Source: Chitinophaga pinensis (GTDB taxonomy: Bacteria; Bacteroidota; Bacteroidia; NS11-12g; UBA955). From it: a stretch of DNA of 64,000 bases. The translations under genes were made by a program, and so were the position numbers. Positions 34,529-43,366 of this stretch are shown one piece after another (positions within the stretch are counted from its first letter, which is position 1; every line of letters starts with the position of its first letter). Location of the stretch: contig CAMBFD010000004.1 in the NCBI GenBank assembly GCA_945865625.1, positions 1,171 to 65,170 of the forward strand, given 5' to 3'. The notes under the pieces were generated by a model. The model ran no database searches, had not been told where the DNA came from, and saw only the letters and a list, made by a program, of their open reading frames with translations.

Positions 34529-34981
34529 ATGAAGAAACTTGTTCAAGAGCAGTTTTTGCCAATTTCAATTGAAAAGGCATGGGATTTTTTTGCAACGCCA
34601 AAAAATTTGAATGAAGTTACGCCCAAAGATATGGTCTTTAAAATTATGGGTGACATTCCTGAAAAAATGTATCAAGGAATGTTCATTCGATATAAAATTA
34701 CACCAATGTTGAACATCCAATTGGATTGGTGTACTGAAATTACACATATTCAGGAGGGACAATTTTTTGTAGATGAACAGCGAAAAGGTCCTTACAATAT
34801 TTGGCACCACGAACATCATTTTAAATCGGTTGATGGTGGCGTTTTAATGACAGATATTTTGCATTATGACATTGGCTTAGGTATTTTTGGATGGGTTGCA
34901 AGCAAATTGTTTGTAGATGCCAAAGTGAAGCAAATTTTCGAATATAGGAAAGAGATTTTGGGGAAATACGAGTTTAAATAA
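34529..34981 (+). CDS. SRPBCC (START/polyketide-cyclase-like) family protein
   Basis: Start placed at ATG 34529 (MKKLVQEQF). The pattern ..W.FF..P.NL...TP.......G......G........P........W..EIT......FVDEQ..GPY..W.H.H.F matches COG4276-type SRPBCC proteins. Confidence 0.65.
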   Translation: MKKLVQEQFLPISIEKAWDFFATPKNLNEVTPKDMVFKIMGDIPEKMYQGMFIRYKITPMLNIQLDWCTEITHIQEGQFFVDEQRKGPYNIWHHEHHFKSVDGGVLMTDILHYDIGLGIFGWVASKLFVDAKVKQIFEYRKEILGKYEFK

Positions 34982-35070
34982 TTCGGGTTATTTTATTGCC
35001 TCTCCATTCTATTTTTTGATATTGACTATATTTGCAATCTATCTTCGTTCGGGAGTAGGCTTGCACAAAA

Positions 35071-36168
35071 ATGATATTCAAAATTAGAGTCAGTATTTTC
35101 ATAGTCACTTTATTATTTGCAACGAATTCATATTCGCAGTACTCGTATTCATTAAATTATTTTGGTGGACAGATGGCCCCTCATTCTACTTACACGAAAA
35201 GTTTGGCAGCGCCAATTGTGGGGATTCAAACGGATGTTGTTTGGAGGATGAGAAGAGAAACAGATGATTTGGGAAGCCGAAAAAATAGTAATTTGAAGTT
35301 TTTTCCTCAGATTGGTGGTTCACTTACTTGGATGGATATGGGGATGAATGTTACTGGGTATCAGTTGGCGGTTTCTCTGAATCTTGGTGGAGAGATAAGT
35401 GCAAAAGGTCCCTGGTCTTTTGACTGGCATTTTGCTCATGGATTGACCTATTTGTCGGAGAAATACGATACGCTTACACGGCCAATTAATTATGCGATTG
35501 GTTCAAATTTAAATTATTTCGCTCAAATTAAAGGTGAAATCAAGTATGACATTACGCCAAATTTGGCCTTGTCATTGGGCGGTTATTTAACACATGCTTC
35601 AAATGGTAATTTGGAGAAGCCGAATGTTGGGTTGAATGTGATTCATTATGGGATAGGAATGTTATATGTTCCGAATGAAAGTCAGAATTCGGATAGGTCA
35701 TCTTATTATATTCACAAGAAACATTATTTTACAACCCCATATTCTTTAGGTGTTAAATTTGGAAATCGCTCGCATAGTCTTGAATTTCCTGAATCTTTTA
35801 CTTCATGGATTTTTGATTTTCAATTTAGGTTTCAAAAATCGGCACATCATATTTGGGATGTTGGATTTGATTTGTTCTCAGATCCCAATTATAAGTTTAC
35901 AAAAACTGGTCGTTACACAGGTGCTGATGAACTAGATCAATTGGAATTTGCCATTAAAGGTGGTCATCAGTTTGTTTATGGTAGGATTGGTCTTCGTACC
36001 GATTTAGGGATCTACGTTTTCAGGCCTGTTTCTAGCGATAAGGGTGCTTTTTACAATGCAATTGGAATAGATTACAGATTAACGCAAAATTGGGTATTGA
36101 GATCGCGCTTAAAAGCGCATTTAAATGTTGCTGATTATATGGAGTTTGGTATTAGTCGATTGTTTTAA
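35071..36168 (+). CDS. Acyloxyacyl hydrolase / lipid A deacylase (PagL-like) outer-membrane protein
   Basis: 365 aa with a signal peptide. The HASNGNLEKPNVGLN motif (H-x-S-N-G) is typical of the acyloxyacyl hydrolase family. Beta-barrel-like alternation throughout. Confidence 0.6.
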   Translation: MIFKIRVSIFIVTLLFATNSYSQYSYSLNYFGGQMAPHSTYTKSLAAPIVGIQTDVVWRMRRETDDLGSRKNSNLKFFPQIGGSLTWMDMGMNVTGYQLAVSLNLGGEISAKGPWSFDWHFAHGLTYLSEKYDTLTRPINYAIGSNLNYFAQIKGEIKYDITPNLALSLGGYLTHASNGNLEKPNVGLNVIHYGIGMLYVPNESQNSDRSSYYIHKKHYFTTPYSLGVKFGNRSHSLEFPESFTSWIFDFQFRFQKSAHHIWDVGFDLFSDPNYKFTKTGRYTGADELDQLEFAIKGGHQFVYGRIGLRTDLGIYVFRPVSSDKGAFYNAIGIDYRLTQNWVLRSRLKAHLNVADYMEFGISRLF

Positions 36169-36235
36169 TAATGTACACAAGGTTTTTCTGATTTTAAGGT
36201 ATTGGATTAAACAGGAGTTTCTCAAATAAAAAAAA

Positions 36236-36267
36236 GGCTGTTTCAAATTTGAAACAGCCTTTTTTTT
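36236..36267. terminator. Bidirectional terminator between convergent genes
   Basis: AAAAAAAA-GGCTGTTTCAAA/TTTGAAACAGCC-TTTTTTTT, a palindromic 24-mer. Confidence 0.7.
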
Positions 36268-36283
36268 ATGTTATTTAAAACTT

Positions 36284-37369
36284 TTAAGCTATTGGTTGCA
36301 TTGAACCAATTGTTTTAAGGTAATTTATATGTGATTTAATTGCTTTGAACATAGTTGGGAACTCTTGGTATTTCACATTGAAATCTTCACAAGTTTTCTT
36401 AACTATTTCATTGATTTTTGGATAGTGAACGTGGCTAATTTTTGGAAATAAATGATGTTCAACTTGAAAATTTAACCCACCTAATAACCAAGTCCATATT
36501 TTATTTTTTGTAGCAAAGTTTGAAGTTGTGCGAATTTGGTGAGTTGCCCAATCATCTTCTACTACAACTAATTCATCGTGGTGAGCAACGAAATTAAGTC
36601 CCTCAACAACATGCGCCAATTGGAAAACGATTGTGATACAGATACCTGTGGTTAGAGCCATAATTAGATAACCTAAAATTGCGGTTCCAAATCCAAATAC
36701 AAATGATGGTATTACAATAAAAATACCGATGTACACAATTTTGCTTGCCCAAAATTCAAAATGTTCAAAAGCTGTCATTTTACCTTTCATTTCGCGTTCA
36801 GCAATTTTACCGGTGAAATATTTTGTAAAATCTTGTAAAGAAATCCAGGTGAGATAAGCAACAGAATATAGCATAAGTCCATAAATATGTTGGAATTTAT
36901 GGAACCAAAGTTTCTTTTGGTTGTTGTTTAATCTCATGTATGGATAGATGTCAATATCTTCATCAGCACCGTCAATATTGGTGAAACTATGATGTGCAAT
37001 GTTGTGTTTTTCAACCCAGTAGAAAGCGTTTCCACCGAGCAAATTCAAACTATTTGCCATGATTTTATTCACCCAAGGTTTGGTTGAATAACTACCATGA
37101 GAACCGTCATGCATCACATTAAATCCTATGGCTGCAAATGAAATGCCTAAAATTGTGCATAAAACAATCCTCAACCAAGTTTGTTCTGGTGTAAATGCAA
37201 CAAGAAATAGGTAGCTGCCTATCATAATCATACTGAGAATTACAGTTTTAATGTATAACTTCCAGTTGCCAGTAGGCTTAATCTTATTGTCAGTGAAATA
37301 TTGATCAATGCGAGATCTTAAAGTACTGAAAAATTGGGCATTTCTGCCTTCAAAGCGAATTGTTGCCAT
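36284..37369 (-). CDS. Membrane fatty acid desaturase
   Basis: 361 aa. Three His boxes (HDGSH, HNIAHH, QVEHHLF) and four hydrophobic segments. Confidence 0.85.
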   Translation of the reverse strand: MATIRFEGRNAQFFSTLRSRIDQYFTDNKIKPTGNWKLYIKTVILSMIMIGSYLFLVAFTPEQTWLRIVLCTILGISFAAIGFNVMHDGSHGSYSTKPWVNKIMANSLNLLGGNAFYWVEKHNIAHHSFTNIDGADEDIDIYPYMRLNNNQKKLWFHKFQHIYGLMLYSVAYLTWISLQDFTKYFTGKIAEREMKGKMTAFEHFEFWASKIVYIGIFIVIPSFVFGFGTAILGYLIMALTTGICITIVFQLAHVVEGLNFVAHHDELVVVEDDWATHQIRTTSNFATKNKIWTWLLGGLNFQVEHHLFPKISHVHYPKINEIVKKTCEDFNVKYQEFPTMFKAIKSHINYLKTIGSMQPIA

Positions 37370-37481
37370 TGTCTTTTTTGTTATTGTAAATAAAATACAA
37401 ATTTAATCATTAATAATCCATTTGGCAATGAAAAGAACATTATATTTATCCTTTTAACTGCATTGTTTAAACAAATGAGAA

Positions 37482-38165
37482 TTAGAATTTGATACCAATT
37501 CTAATTCCTGGATTTGCTTGTAGTCCAAATCCCATTCCAGATCCAAGTGAATTCTTTACAATACTTGTGCTACTGCTGTTCCAAGTTTCTCGTTTACCGT
37601 AATTATTAATGGCAAATCCATAGCCCAATTCTGCACCAATATAAATGCTTTGAATAAAATAATAATCCGCTCCAAAAACAAGGCCAGCATAAAAGTTATT
37701 TCCACCAACAGTTTGAGAGGTGAATGTTCCTCCTTCTGAATAATATTGACCATTCTCAGTATTTATGCCATTCAATGAGTTAGAATTTAAGCCGAATCCA
37801 ACTTCACCGCCGAAATAAGGAGAAAGCTTATCTGTACCAGTAAAATGTTTTTCTAGCCCGAGTGCAACGTTGAAATTGGAACTCTCCGATTTGAGTGTAA
37901 ATGGAGGAATGTTTGGGGTTATAACGTTATAAACGTAATCTGTATTATTTAAAAAGTTAAAAGCAAATTTAGTTCTTACCGCGATATTGTTTTTTAGAAA
38001 ATATCGCATTCTAATTTCTGAGATTTGAAAATTGATGGGGGCTCCTCCAACTTGAAGGTTTAATGTAGCTTCAATGGTCAGATCTTTTTGAACAGCCTTT
38101 TGTGCGTTTGCTTCTGCAATAAAAAGACAAATTGCAATAAGTGAATAAAATTTGTATGCTTTCAT
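37482..38165 (-). CDS. Outer-membrane beta-barrel (porin-family) protein
   Basis: 227 aa. Signal peptide ending ANAQ, alternating beta-strand pattern, C-terminal ..GIRIGIKF. Confidence 0.6.
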   Translation of the reverse strand: MKAYKFYSLIAICLFIAEANAQKAVQKDLTIEATLNLQVGGAPINFQISEIRMRYFLKNNIAVRTKFAFNFLNNTDYVYNVITPNIPPFTLKSESSNFNVALGLEKHFTGTDKLSPYFGGEVGFGLNSNSLNGINTENGQYYSEGGTFTSQTVGGNNFYAGLVFGADYYFIQSIYIGAELGYGFAINNYGKRETWNSSSTSIVKNSLGSGMGFGLQANPGIRIGIKF

Positions 38166-38198
38166 AACCCTGCAAAAGTATTCACTTAAATGAAAAAA

Positions 38199-38487
38199 TT
38201 AGAATTTAAAGCCAATTCTTATGCCTTGTGAATCACTCATGTCTAATTTAGTGTTCGCACCAAGACTTTCTCAATCCATTGAGACCATAAACTGTATTCG
38301 ATACATTCCCTTTGTTTATGCTTTGATAACCATAGCGAATTTCAGTTTCAATGTAAAAATTTGAATTTAAATAATAATGAATATGGGGTTGGATGTTTGC
38401 GGAGTATTTGGCTTTGAGTTTGCTTGAGCTGATGAGTAATTCGCAAAAAAAATAGATACATGAAATTGTGAAAATGAAATTTTCCAT
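38199..38487 (-). pseudogene. Truncated or frameshifted paralog of the neighbouring beta-barrel gene
   Basis: The track ORF 38248-38487 ends ..GLNGLRKSWCEH*. In another frame the downstream sequence reads ESLGANTKLDMSDSQGIRIGFKF* (stop at 38199-38201). That mirrors the C-terminus NSLGSGMGFGLQANPGIRIGIKF of the 37482 gene. Confidence 0.4.
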
Positions 38488-38546
38488 GCTTCGATTTTTT
38501 TAAGATTGTTTTAATCAATGACTATTTCAAGTATTTTTGTTTCTAA

Positions 38547-39155
38547 ATGTATCGCTTTGTAGTCGTAATTTTATTGATTTTCAAATGTGCCATTCTTTTT
38601 GGTCAAGAATGGTCACCGCAGGATAGCATTCGTTTATCGTTGAAAAATAAGCCTCACATTCTTATTGGGGGAGATCAACGCAATTCATTTGTTACTGGAA
38701 TTCCTGTAAGAATTTTTGGATTAAGGGGAGGTTTAGACTATGGTAAATTTGCGTTACTTGGAGCTATATATTCAGCGAATGCGGAAAAAATAATCAAGCA
38801 AGGGGTATCCAATTCATATGACTATTTAATTTTTAGTGGAATTGGGGAATATCACTGGTATAATACGCATAGATTCAAAATCTCTCAAACGATTCAACTT
38901 GGAATTGGGGTTGTTGATCTTAAGGAGTATGATGATCAGCTTGGGAAAAATGTTTTAAGTACAAAAATGGTTATTCCTGTCGAAACTGGCGTTTCTGGAA
39001 ATTTAAGAGTTTTGAAATATTTTGGGTTAACTGCTGGTATTGGGGTTAGGGTGTCATTAACGCCTGGTACCTATTATTCCGCACCATATTATACTTATGG
39101 GTTAATGGTTTTTACGAAGGACTTAATTCACGATATAAAGAAGGCATTCAACTGA
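38547..39155 (+). CDS. Hypothetical exported protein (beta-rich)
   Basis: 202 aa. Signal peptide MYRFVVVILLIFKCAILFGQ. No family recognised. Confidence 0.45.
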   Translation: MYRFVVVILLIFKCAILFGQEWSPQDSIRLSLKNKPHILIGGDQRNSFVTGIPVRIFGLRGGLDYGKFALLGAIYSANAEKIIKQGVSNSYDYLIFSGIGEYHWYNTHRFKISQTIQLGIGVVDLKEYDDQLGKNVLSTKMVIPVETGVSGNLRVLKYFGLTAGIGVRVSLTPGTYYSAPYYTYGLMVFTKDLIHDIKKAFN

Positions 39156-39175
39156 AAACTGAAAACAAATTAAAT

Positions 39176-39208
39176 AAAAAAAACCTTGGATAAACCAAGG
39201 TTTTTTTT
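39176..39208. terminator. Bidirectional terminator
   Basis: AAAAAAAA-CCTTGG-ATAAA-CCAAGG-TTTTTTTT between convergent genes. Confidence 0.7.
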
Positions 39209-39226
39209 ATTTAATTGAAGATTATT

Positions 39227-40804
39227 TTATTTTTTTGATTTGATAAACTCATCGGTATGATTGATGAATTCTTCAATCTTATCTACATCGATTCTATTCG
39301 CGATAATTTTTTTATCAGCATCCATAATATAAATTGTAGGACTCGCAATTACATAATAGCTATATAATGCATCGGCATATTTTTGGCTTTGAACTTCACC
39401 TCGAATGAGGTGGATGAATTGTTTGGTTTCAGGATGTTCTTTAACATATTCGTACCACTCTTTCTTTTTATCTCCTGATGACAATGCCACGACTTTCCAT
39501 CCTTTAGCCTTATTCGCTTCGTAAATTTTAACAAGTTTAGGCATGATTTCTTTACAGTGCCCGCATGTAGGATCCCAAAAAATTGTAATCGTGTAAGACG
39601 CTTTAATAGAGTTGGTTTTTACCCAAGCGCTATCTAAATTTTTCAATTCGAGTTCTGGTGCTGTGGCTCCAATTAAGCTATGAGATCGGCGGAAAGCATT
39701 TTGGCACATTTGACCGACAGTAGCGCTATCGACCCACCATGCTTTTCCTGAACAATAATTAGACAACGCCAAATGAACGAAAACCCTATCTAATCCCATG
39801 ATATTGCTTGATTCAAATCGGTTTGTTAAATACCAAATGATATATTTTTCATTCTCAATCGAATTTTTGCATTTTTCAAGTAATTTTTCAGAAGCTATGA
39901 TACAAGTATCTGCATCAGGAACAATGACTTTATCAAAATAGAAATCTAATTTGGTTTTTAATACGTTTACTGGCATTCTAACCAATCCATCTTCATTGAA
40001 GTCAACATGATCCCAATAGTGTTGTTTGAAATAATTAAATGGATATGCACTGTCTTTTGTGCCGTCCTCTTTTGTAGGTAATTTCGATGGAATTTCAACC
40101 CCAACCAATGCATAAAGAAAATGAGAAAGTAAGTTATTTGGGTGTTTTGCAATGAACAATGAATCTTGTAATTCTTTTTCTTTCAGAAAAGCTATTTTAT
40201 TAGGCTCTAAACGTTTTTTGTTTTCTATGCTTGAATCTCTTTTCAAATCTTCATCCATGGAAATCAACTTCTCGATGACTGTCATTTTTTCATTTTGATA
40301 CTTCACAAAATCTGAATTTTCAACTGAACCATCAACTTTCATTGTTTTGTAGTAATCTCTTTGATAAAAAGAAGTGTCGAAGGTAATTGTGAAATCTTGG
40401 TCGTCATCGACCATAATCTCAAAATAATCTTTTCGTTCGGGCAATACAAATAAGTACATGCCACGTTGAAGTTTTTGTTTGCTTTGAACTTTGGTGTTAT
40501 AGCTACCATTAAATTCAATTAAGCCATTTTTTTGAACCTCAGCAGTATCTCTGTAGTATTTTCCACCAATATGGTGATCTGCTAACCAAACAATTTGACC
40601 AGGTTTGAAAGCTTTGCATCTAAATTTTAAACTATACGAACCGGGTTCTCTACCATTCCAGCTTTCTTTTTTGTGAATATTAGGATAAATTCCTACTGTA
40701 TTCGGTTTTACAGTTGGCGTAGTGCGTTGATAGGGGTTAATTTGACCGTTTAAACGTACTGTAATAAAAAGTACTAAAAGTAATAAATTAAATTTGTGCT
40801 TCAT
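39227..40804 (-). CDS. Thioredoxin-fold (TlpA/AhpC-TSA-like) protein with a large N-terminal domain
   Basis: 525 aa with a signal peptide. C-terminal thioredoxin-like domain with WDPTCGHCK. Confidence 0.7.
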   Translation of the reverse strand: MKHKFNLLLLVLFITVRLNGQINPYQRTTPTVKPNTVGIYPNIHKKESWNGREPGSYSLKFRCKAFKPGQIVWLADHHIGGKYYRDTAEVQKNGLIEFNGSYNTKVQSKQKLQRGMYLFVLPERKDYFEIMVDDDQDFTITFDTSFYQRDYYKTMKVDGSVENSDFVKYQNEKMTVIEKLISMDEDLKRDSSIENKKRLEPNKIAFLKEKELQDSLFIAKHPNNLLSHFLYALVGVEIPSKLPTKEDGTKDSAYPFNYFKQHYWDHVDFNEDGLVRMPVNVLKTKLDFYFDKVIVPDADTCIIASEKLLEKCKNSIENEKYIIWYLTNRFESSNIMGLDRVFVHLALSNYCSGKAWWVDSATVGQMCQNAFRRSHSLIGATAPELELKNLDSAWVKTNSIKASYTITIFWDPTCGHCKEIMPKLVKIYEANKAKGWKVVALSSGDKKKEWYEYVKEHPETKQFIHLIRGEVQSQKYADALYSYYVIASPTIYIMDADKKIIANRIDVDKIEEFINHTDEFIKSKK

Positions 40805-40855
40805 CTTTATTCAAAATCTCCGTAAATTTAGACAAAATTTGTACCAAAATGTTGT

Positions 40856-41215
40856 ATGAACCGCAAAAAGAATCAATTTTATGAAAGCATTTTCGATATA
40901 GTACGTCTAATTCCCCATGGAAGAGTGACTACTTACGGAGCTATTGCCGCATATTTGGGCACTAAAAGTGGAAGTAGATTGGTTGGCTGGGCTATGAATG
41001 TGAGTCATCATGAAGAACCTAAAGTTCCTGCTCATAGAGTGGTTAACCGAAACGGTCTACTCACAGGGAAAGCCCATTTTAAAGATGAAAATGAAATGCA
41101 GAAATTGTTAGAAGCTGAAGGTATTGTTGTTATCAACAATCAGATTCAAAATTTTAACGACGTTTTTTGGGATCCTGCTTCTTTGGACCCTGCTTCTTGG
41201 GATCGTGTTTCTTAA
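40856..41215 (+). CDS. MGMT-family DNA-binding protein lacking the acceptor cysteine (alkyltransferase-like, ATL)
   Basis: 119 aa. IPHGRVTTYGAIA and VPAHRVVNRNG, i.e. PAHRV where active methyltransferases have PCHRV. Confidence 0.7.
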   Translation: MNRKKNQFYESIFDIVRLIPHGRVTTYGAIAAYLGTKSGSRLVGWAMNVSHHEEPKVPAHRVVNRNGLLTGKAHFKDENEMQKLLEAEGIVVINNQIQNFNDVFWDPASLDPASWDRVS

Positions 41216-41891
41216 CTACATCTGCAAATAATTGCCACCATTGCTTATTCGGATATGGTGCAATTACATTTAAAGAAGGATTTGTTTTTACAGCATGCGG
41301 AGTGATGAGTTGAAAAGCATGTAATGCAATGCTTCTATCGGGTAGGGGCTCTTTAGCTCCATATTTTAAATCACCCATGATTGGCGAACCTATTTTTGCA
41401 AGTTGGGCTCTGATTTGGTGGAATCGACCTGTTTCTAAATGAATTTCGTATAAGAATTTATCACCGCGATTATTGAGTAATTTATAATGTAAAATTGCAT
41501 GTTTTGTTCCAGGTCTAGGGGTATTGTATGTTAAAGCTCTGTGCGTATTGCTGTCTTTTCCCAAGTAATTCTCTAAAGTTCCCTCCGATTCAGGTAGCGC
41601 ATATTGGGTAATGCAGTGATAAATTTTCCTATTTTGCTTAAGTCTAAAAACTTCATTCATTCGAATCAAAGCTTTTGAGGTTTTTGCTAGCATCATGGTT
41701 CCACTTACGGGTCTGTCGATTCGATGTATCAGTCCAACAAAGGCAGCCCCTGGCTTATTGTATTTTTCGCGAATATAGTTTTCAGCAATTTCTAAAAGAT
41801 GTTGATCACCAGTTTCGTCACCTTGCACAGGTAACCCTGCAGGCTTGTTTACAACCAAAAGGTGATTGTCTTCCCATAATACTTCGAGCAT
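41154..41891 (-). CDS. RluA-family pseudouridine synthase
   Basis: 245 aa. LVVNKPAGLPVQ and the catalytic HRIDRPVSG motif. No S4 domain. Confidence 0.8.
   Translation of the reverse strand: MLEVLWEDNHLLVVNKPAGLPVQGDETGDQHLLEIAENYIREKYNKPGAAFVGLIHRIDRPVSGTMMLAKTSKALIRMNEVFRLKQNRKIYHCITQYALPESEGTLENYLGKDSNTHRALTYNTPRPGTKHAILHYKLLNNRGDKFLYEIHLETGRFHQIRAQLAKIGSPIMGDLKYGAKEPLPDRSIALHAFQLITPHAVKTNPSLNVIAPYPNKQWWQLFADVVKKHDPKKQGPKKQDPKKRR
41167..41211. repeat. Imperfect 15-bp x3 tandem repeat shared by two convergent gene tails
   Basis: TTGGGATCCTGCTTC / TTTGGACCCTGCTTC / TTGGGATCGTGTTTC. It encodes WDPAS-LDPAS-WDRVS on the + strand and KHDPK-KQGPK-KQDPK on the - strand. Confidence 0.8.
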
Positions 41892-41956
41892 TCTGCAAAT
41901 TTACCAAATAGTTGGCTATTTAATATTAAAGTTTTAGAAGTACTTTTGCCAACTCC

Positions 41957-43366
41957 ATGTCGTTTTTTTCTATCAAAGGGTATAAGTTTGAATTAAAGGA
42001 AATAGCTTTCTTAGCTTATCCTATAATTTTAGGTCAGTTAGGGATTGTGCTCATGGGTGTTGCCGATACAATTATGGTTGGCAAATTAGGTACCGATGCT
42101 TTGGCAAGTGTGAACCAAGCGAATAATTTATTTTTTATGTTAAGTGGACTAACTTTTGGAGTTTTGTTTGCTGTGAGTACGTTGGTTAGTATTAAAGTTG
42201 GGGAAAATAAAGCTTCGGATGGTTTTGCTATCTACAGAGCGAGTTTAATTGTAAGTGTTGTACTTTTTGTTTTCCAATTTATTATCCTTCAAATATTAAT
42301 TCATAATTTTCATTGGTTAGGGCAAACCGGCAATATAAACGTATTGGCTCCAAAGTTTTTAAATATTGTAAGTTGGTCAATTCTCCCAATTTTAATCAAC
42401 ATGAGCTCAAGGCAATTTACTGATGGGTTGGGTCATACAAAAGTGTTTATGATATTAACAATTGGTGCATTGTTGTTAAATGTATTTTTAAATTGGCTAC
42501 TCATTTATGGTCATTGGGGCGCTCCAGCTATGGGTGTTGAAGGCTCTGCGTATGCAACATTAATCTCCAGAATTGTAATGGCCGTAGTTGGTTTGTGGTA
42601 TGTCCGGTATTCTAAATTAATGAAACAGTATTTGCCTGAGAAGATGCCAAAATGGAGATCAGTTCTTCCAGAAATGAAACCTATTTGGAAAATGGGAATT
42701 CCATTGGCTTTACAAACGTTTGCGGAATGGGCTTGTTTTGCGCTATCTGGAGTCATGGTTGGCTGGTACGGCGCTGCCCAATTGGCGGCCCATGCTGTGG
42801 CTTTGAATATTGCTTCCGTTACTTACATGATTGCAAGCGGCGTTGCGATGGCAGGATCCATTCTCGCTGGGAATAGTTATGGAGAACAAAATATGGTCAA
42901 ATTAAAAAAAGTGGCCCATGCTACCTTTCTAATATTAACCATTTTCGAATTGTTTAATGCCGTTATTTTTATGCTATTCAATAAGCAAATTGCTGCGTTA
43001 TATATGGTAGACGATGACGTAATGCCATATATTTTACCTCTACTTTCATTGGCTACGCTATTTCAATTATCAGATGGAATACAAGCCGGCGCAATGGGTT
43101 TGTTGCGCGGAATTAAAGATGTTGTTTGGGCAAGTATCATTTCAATAGTATCTTATTGGATCATTTCCTTGCCATTGTCGTTTTATTTTGGGGATTATAG
43201 AATTTCTTATCATGAGGGACATTTTGTTCGGGTTCACGTGCCAAATTCGATATGGGAAAGTGGACAAGTCTATGGCGTTTGGATTGGCTTCACTGTTGGA
43301 CTATTTGCAGCATCAATTTTTGGTGTTTATCGTTTTTATAGCAGATTAAATAAATTGAAATTTTAA
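41957..43366 (+). CDS. MATE family efflux transporter
   Basis: 469 aa with 12 predicted hydrophobic helices. N-terminal ..LAYPIILGQLGIVLMGVADTIMVGKLG typical of NorM/DinF-like MATE proteins. Confidence 0.85.
   Translation: MSFFSIKGYKFELKEIAFLAYPIILGQLGIVLMGVADTIMVGKLGTDALASVNQANNLFFMLSGLTFGVLFAVSTLVSIKVGENKASDGFAIYRASLIVSVVLFVFQFIILQILIHNFHWLGQTGNINVLAPKFLNIVSWSILPILINMSSRQFTDGLGHTKVFMILTIGALLLNVFLNWLLIYGHWGAPAMGVEGSAYATLISRIVMAVVGLWYVRYSKLMKQYLPEKMPKWRSVLPEMKPIWKMGIPLALQTFAEWACFALSGVMVGWYGAAQLAAHAVALNIASVTYMIASGVAMAGSILAGNSYGEQNMVKLKKVAHATFLILTIFELFNAVIFMLFNKQIAALYMVDDDVMPYILPLLSLATLFQLSDGIQAGAMGLLRGIKDVVWASIISIVSYWIISLPLSFYFGDYRISYHEGHFVRVHVPNSIWESGQVYGVWIGFTVGLFAASIFGVYRFYSRLNKLKF

Noticed and set aside
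43195-43270. A possible in-frame insertion (ISYHEGHFVRVHVPNSIWESGQ) near the C-terminus of the MATE transporter, containing one ATGTCCCTCATGA copy. I considered a miniature repeat inserted in a gene.
   Set aside because: Without an alignment to MATE orthologs I cannot show that this segment is an insertion rather than a normal loop. It is noted only as one of the motif occurrences.
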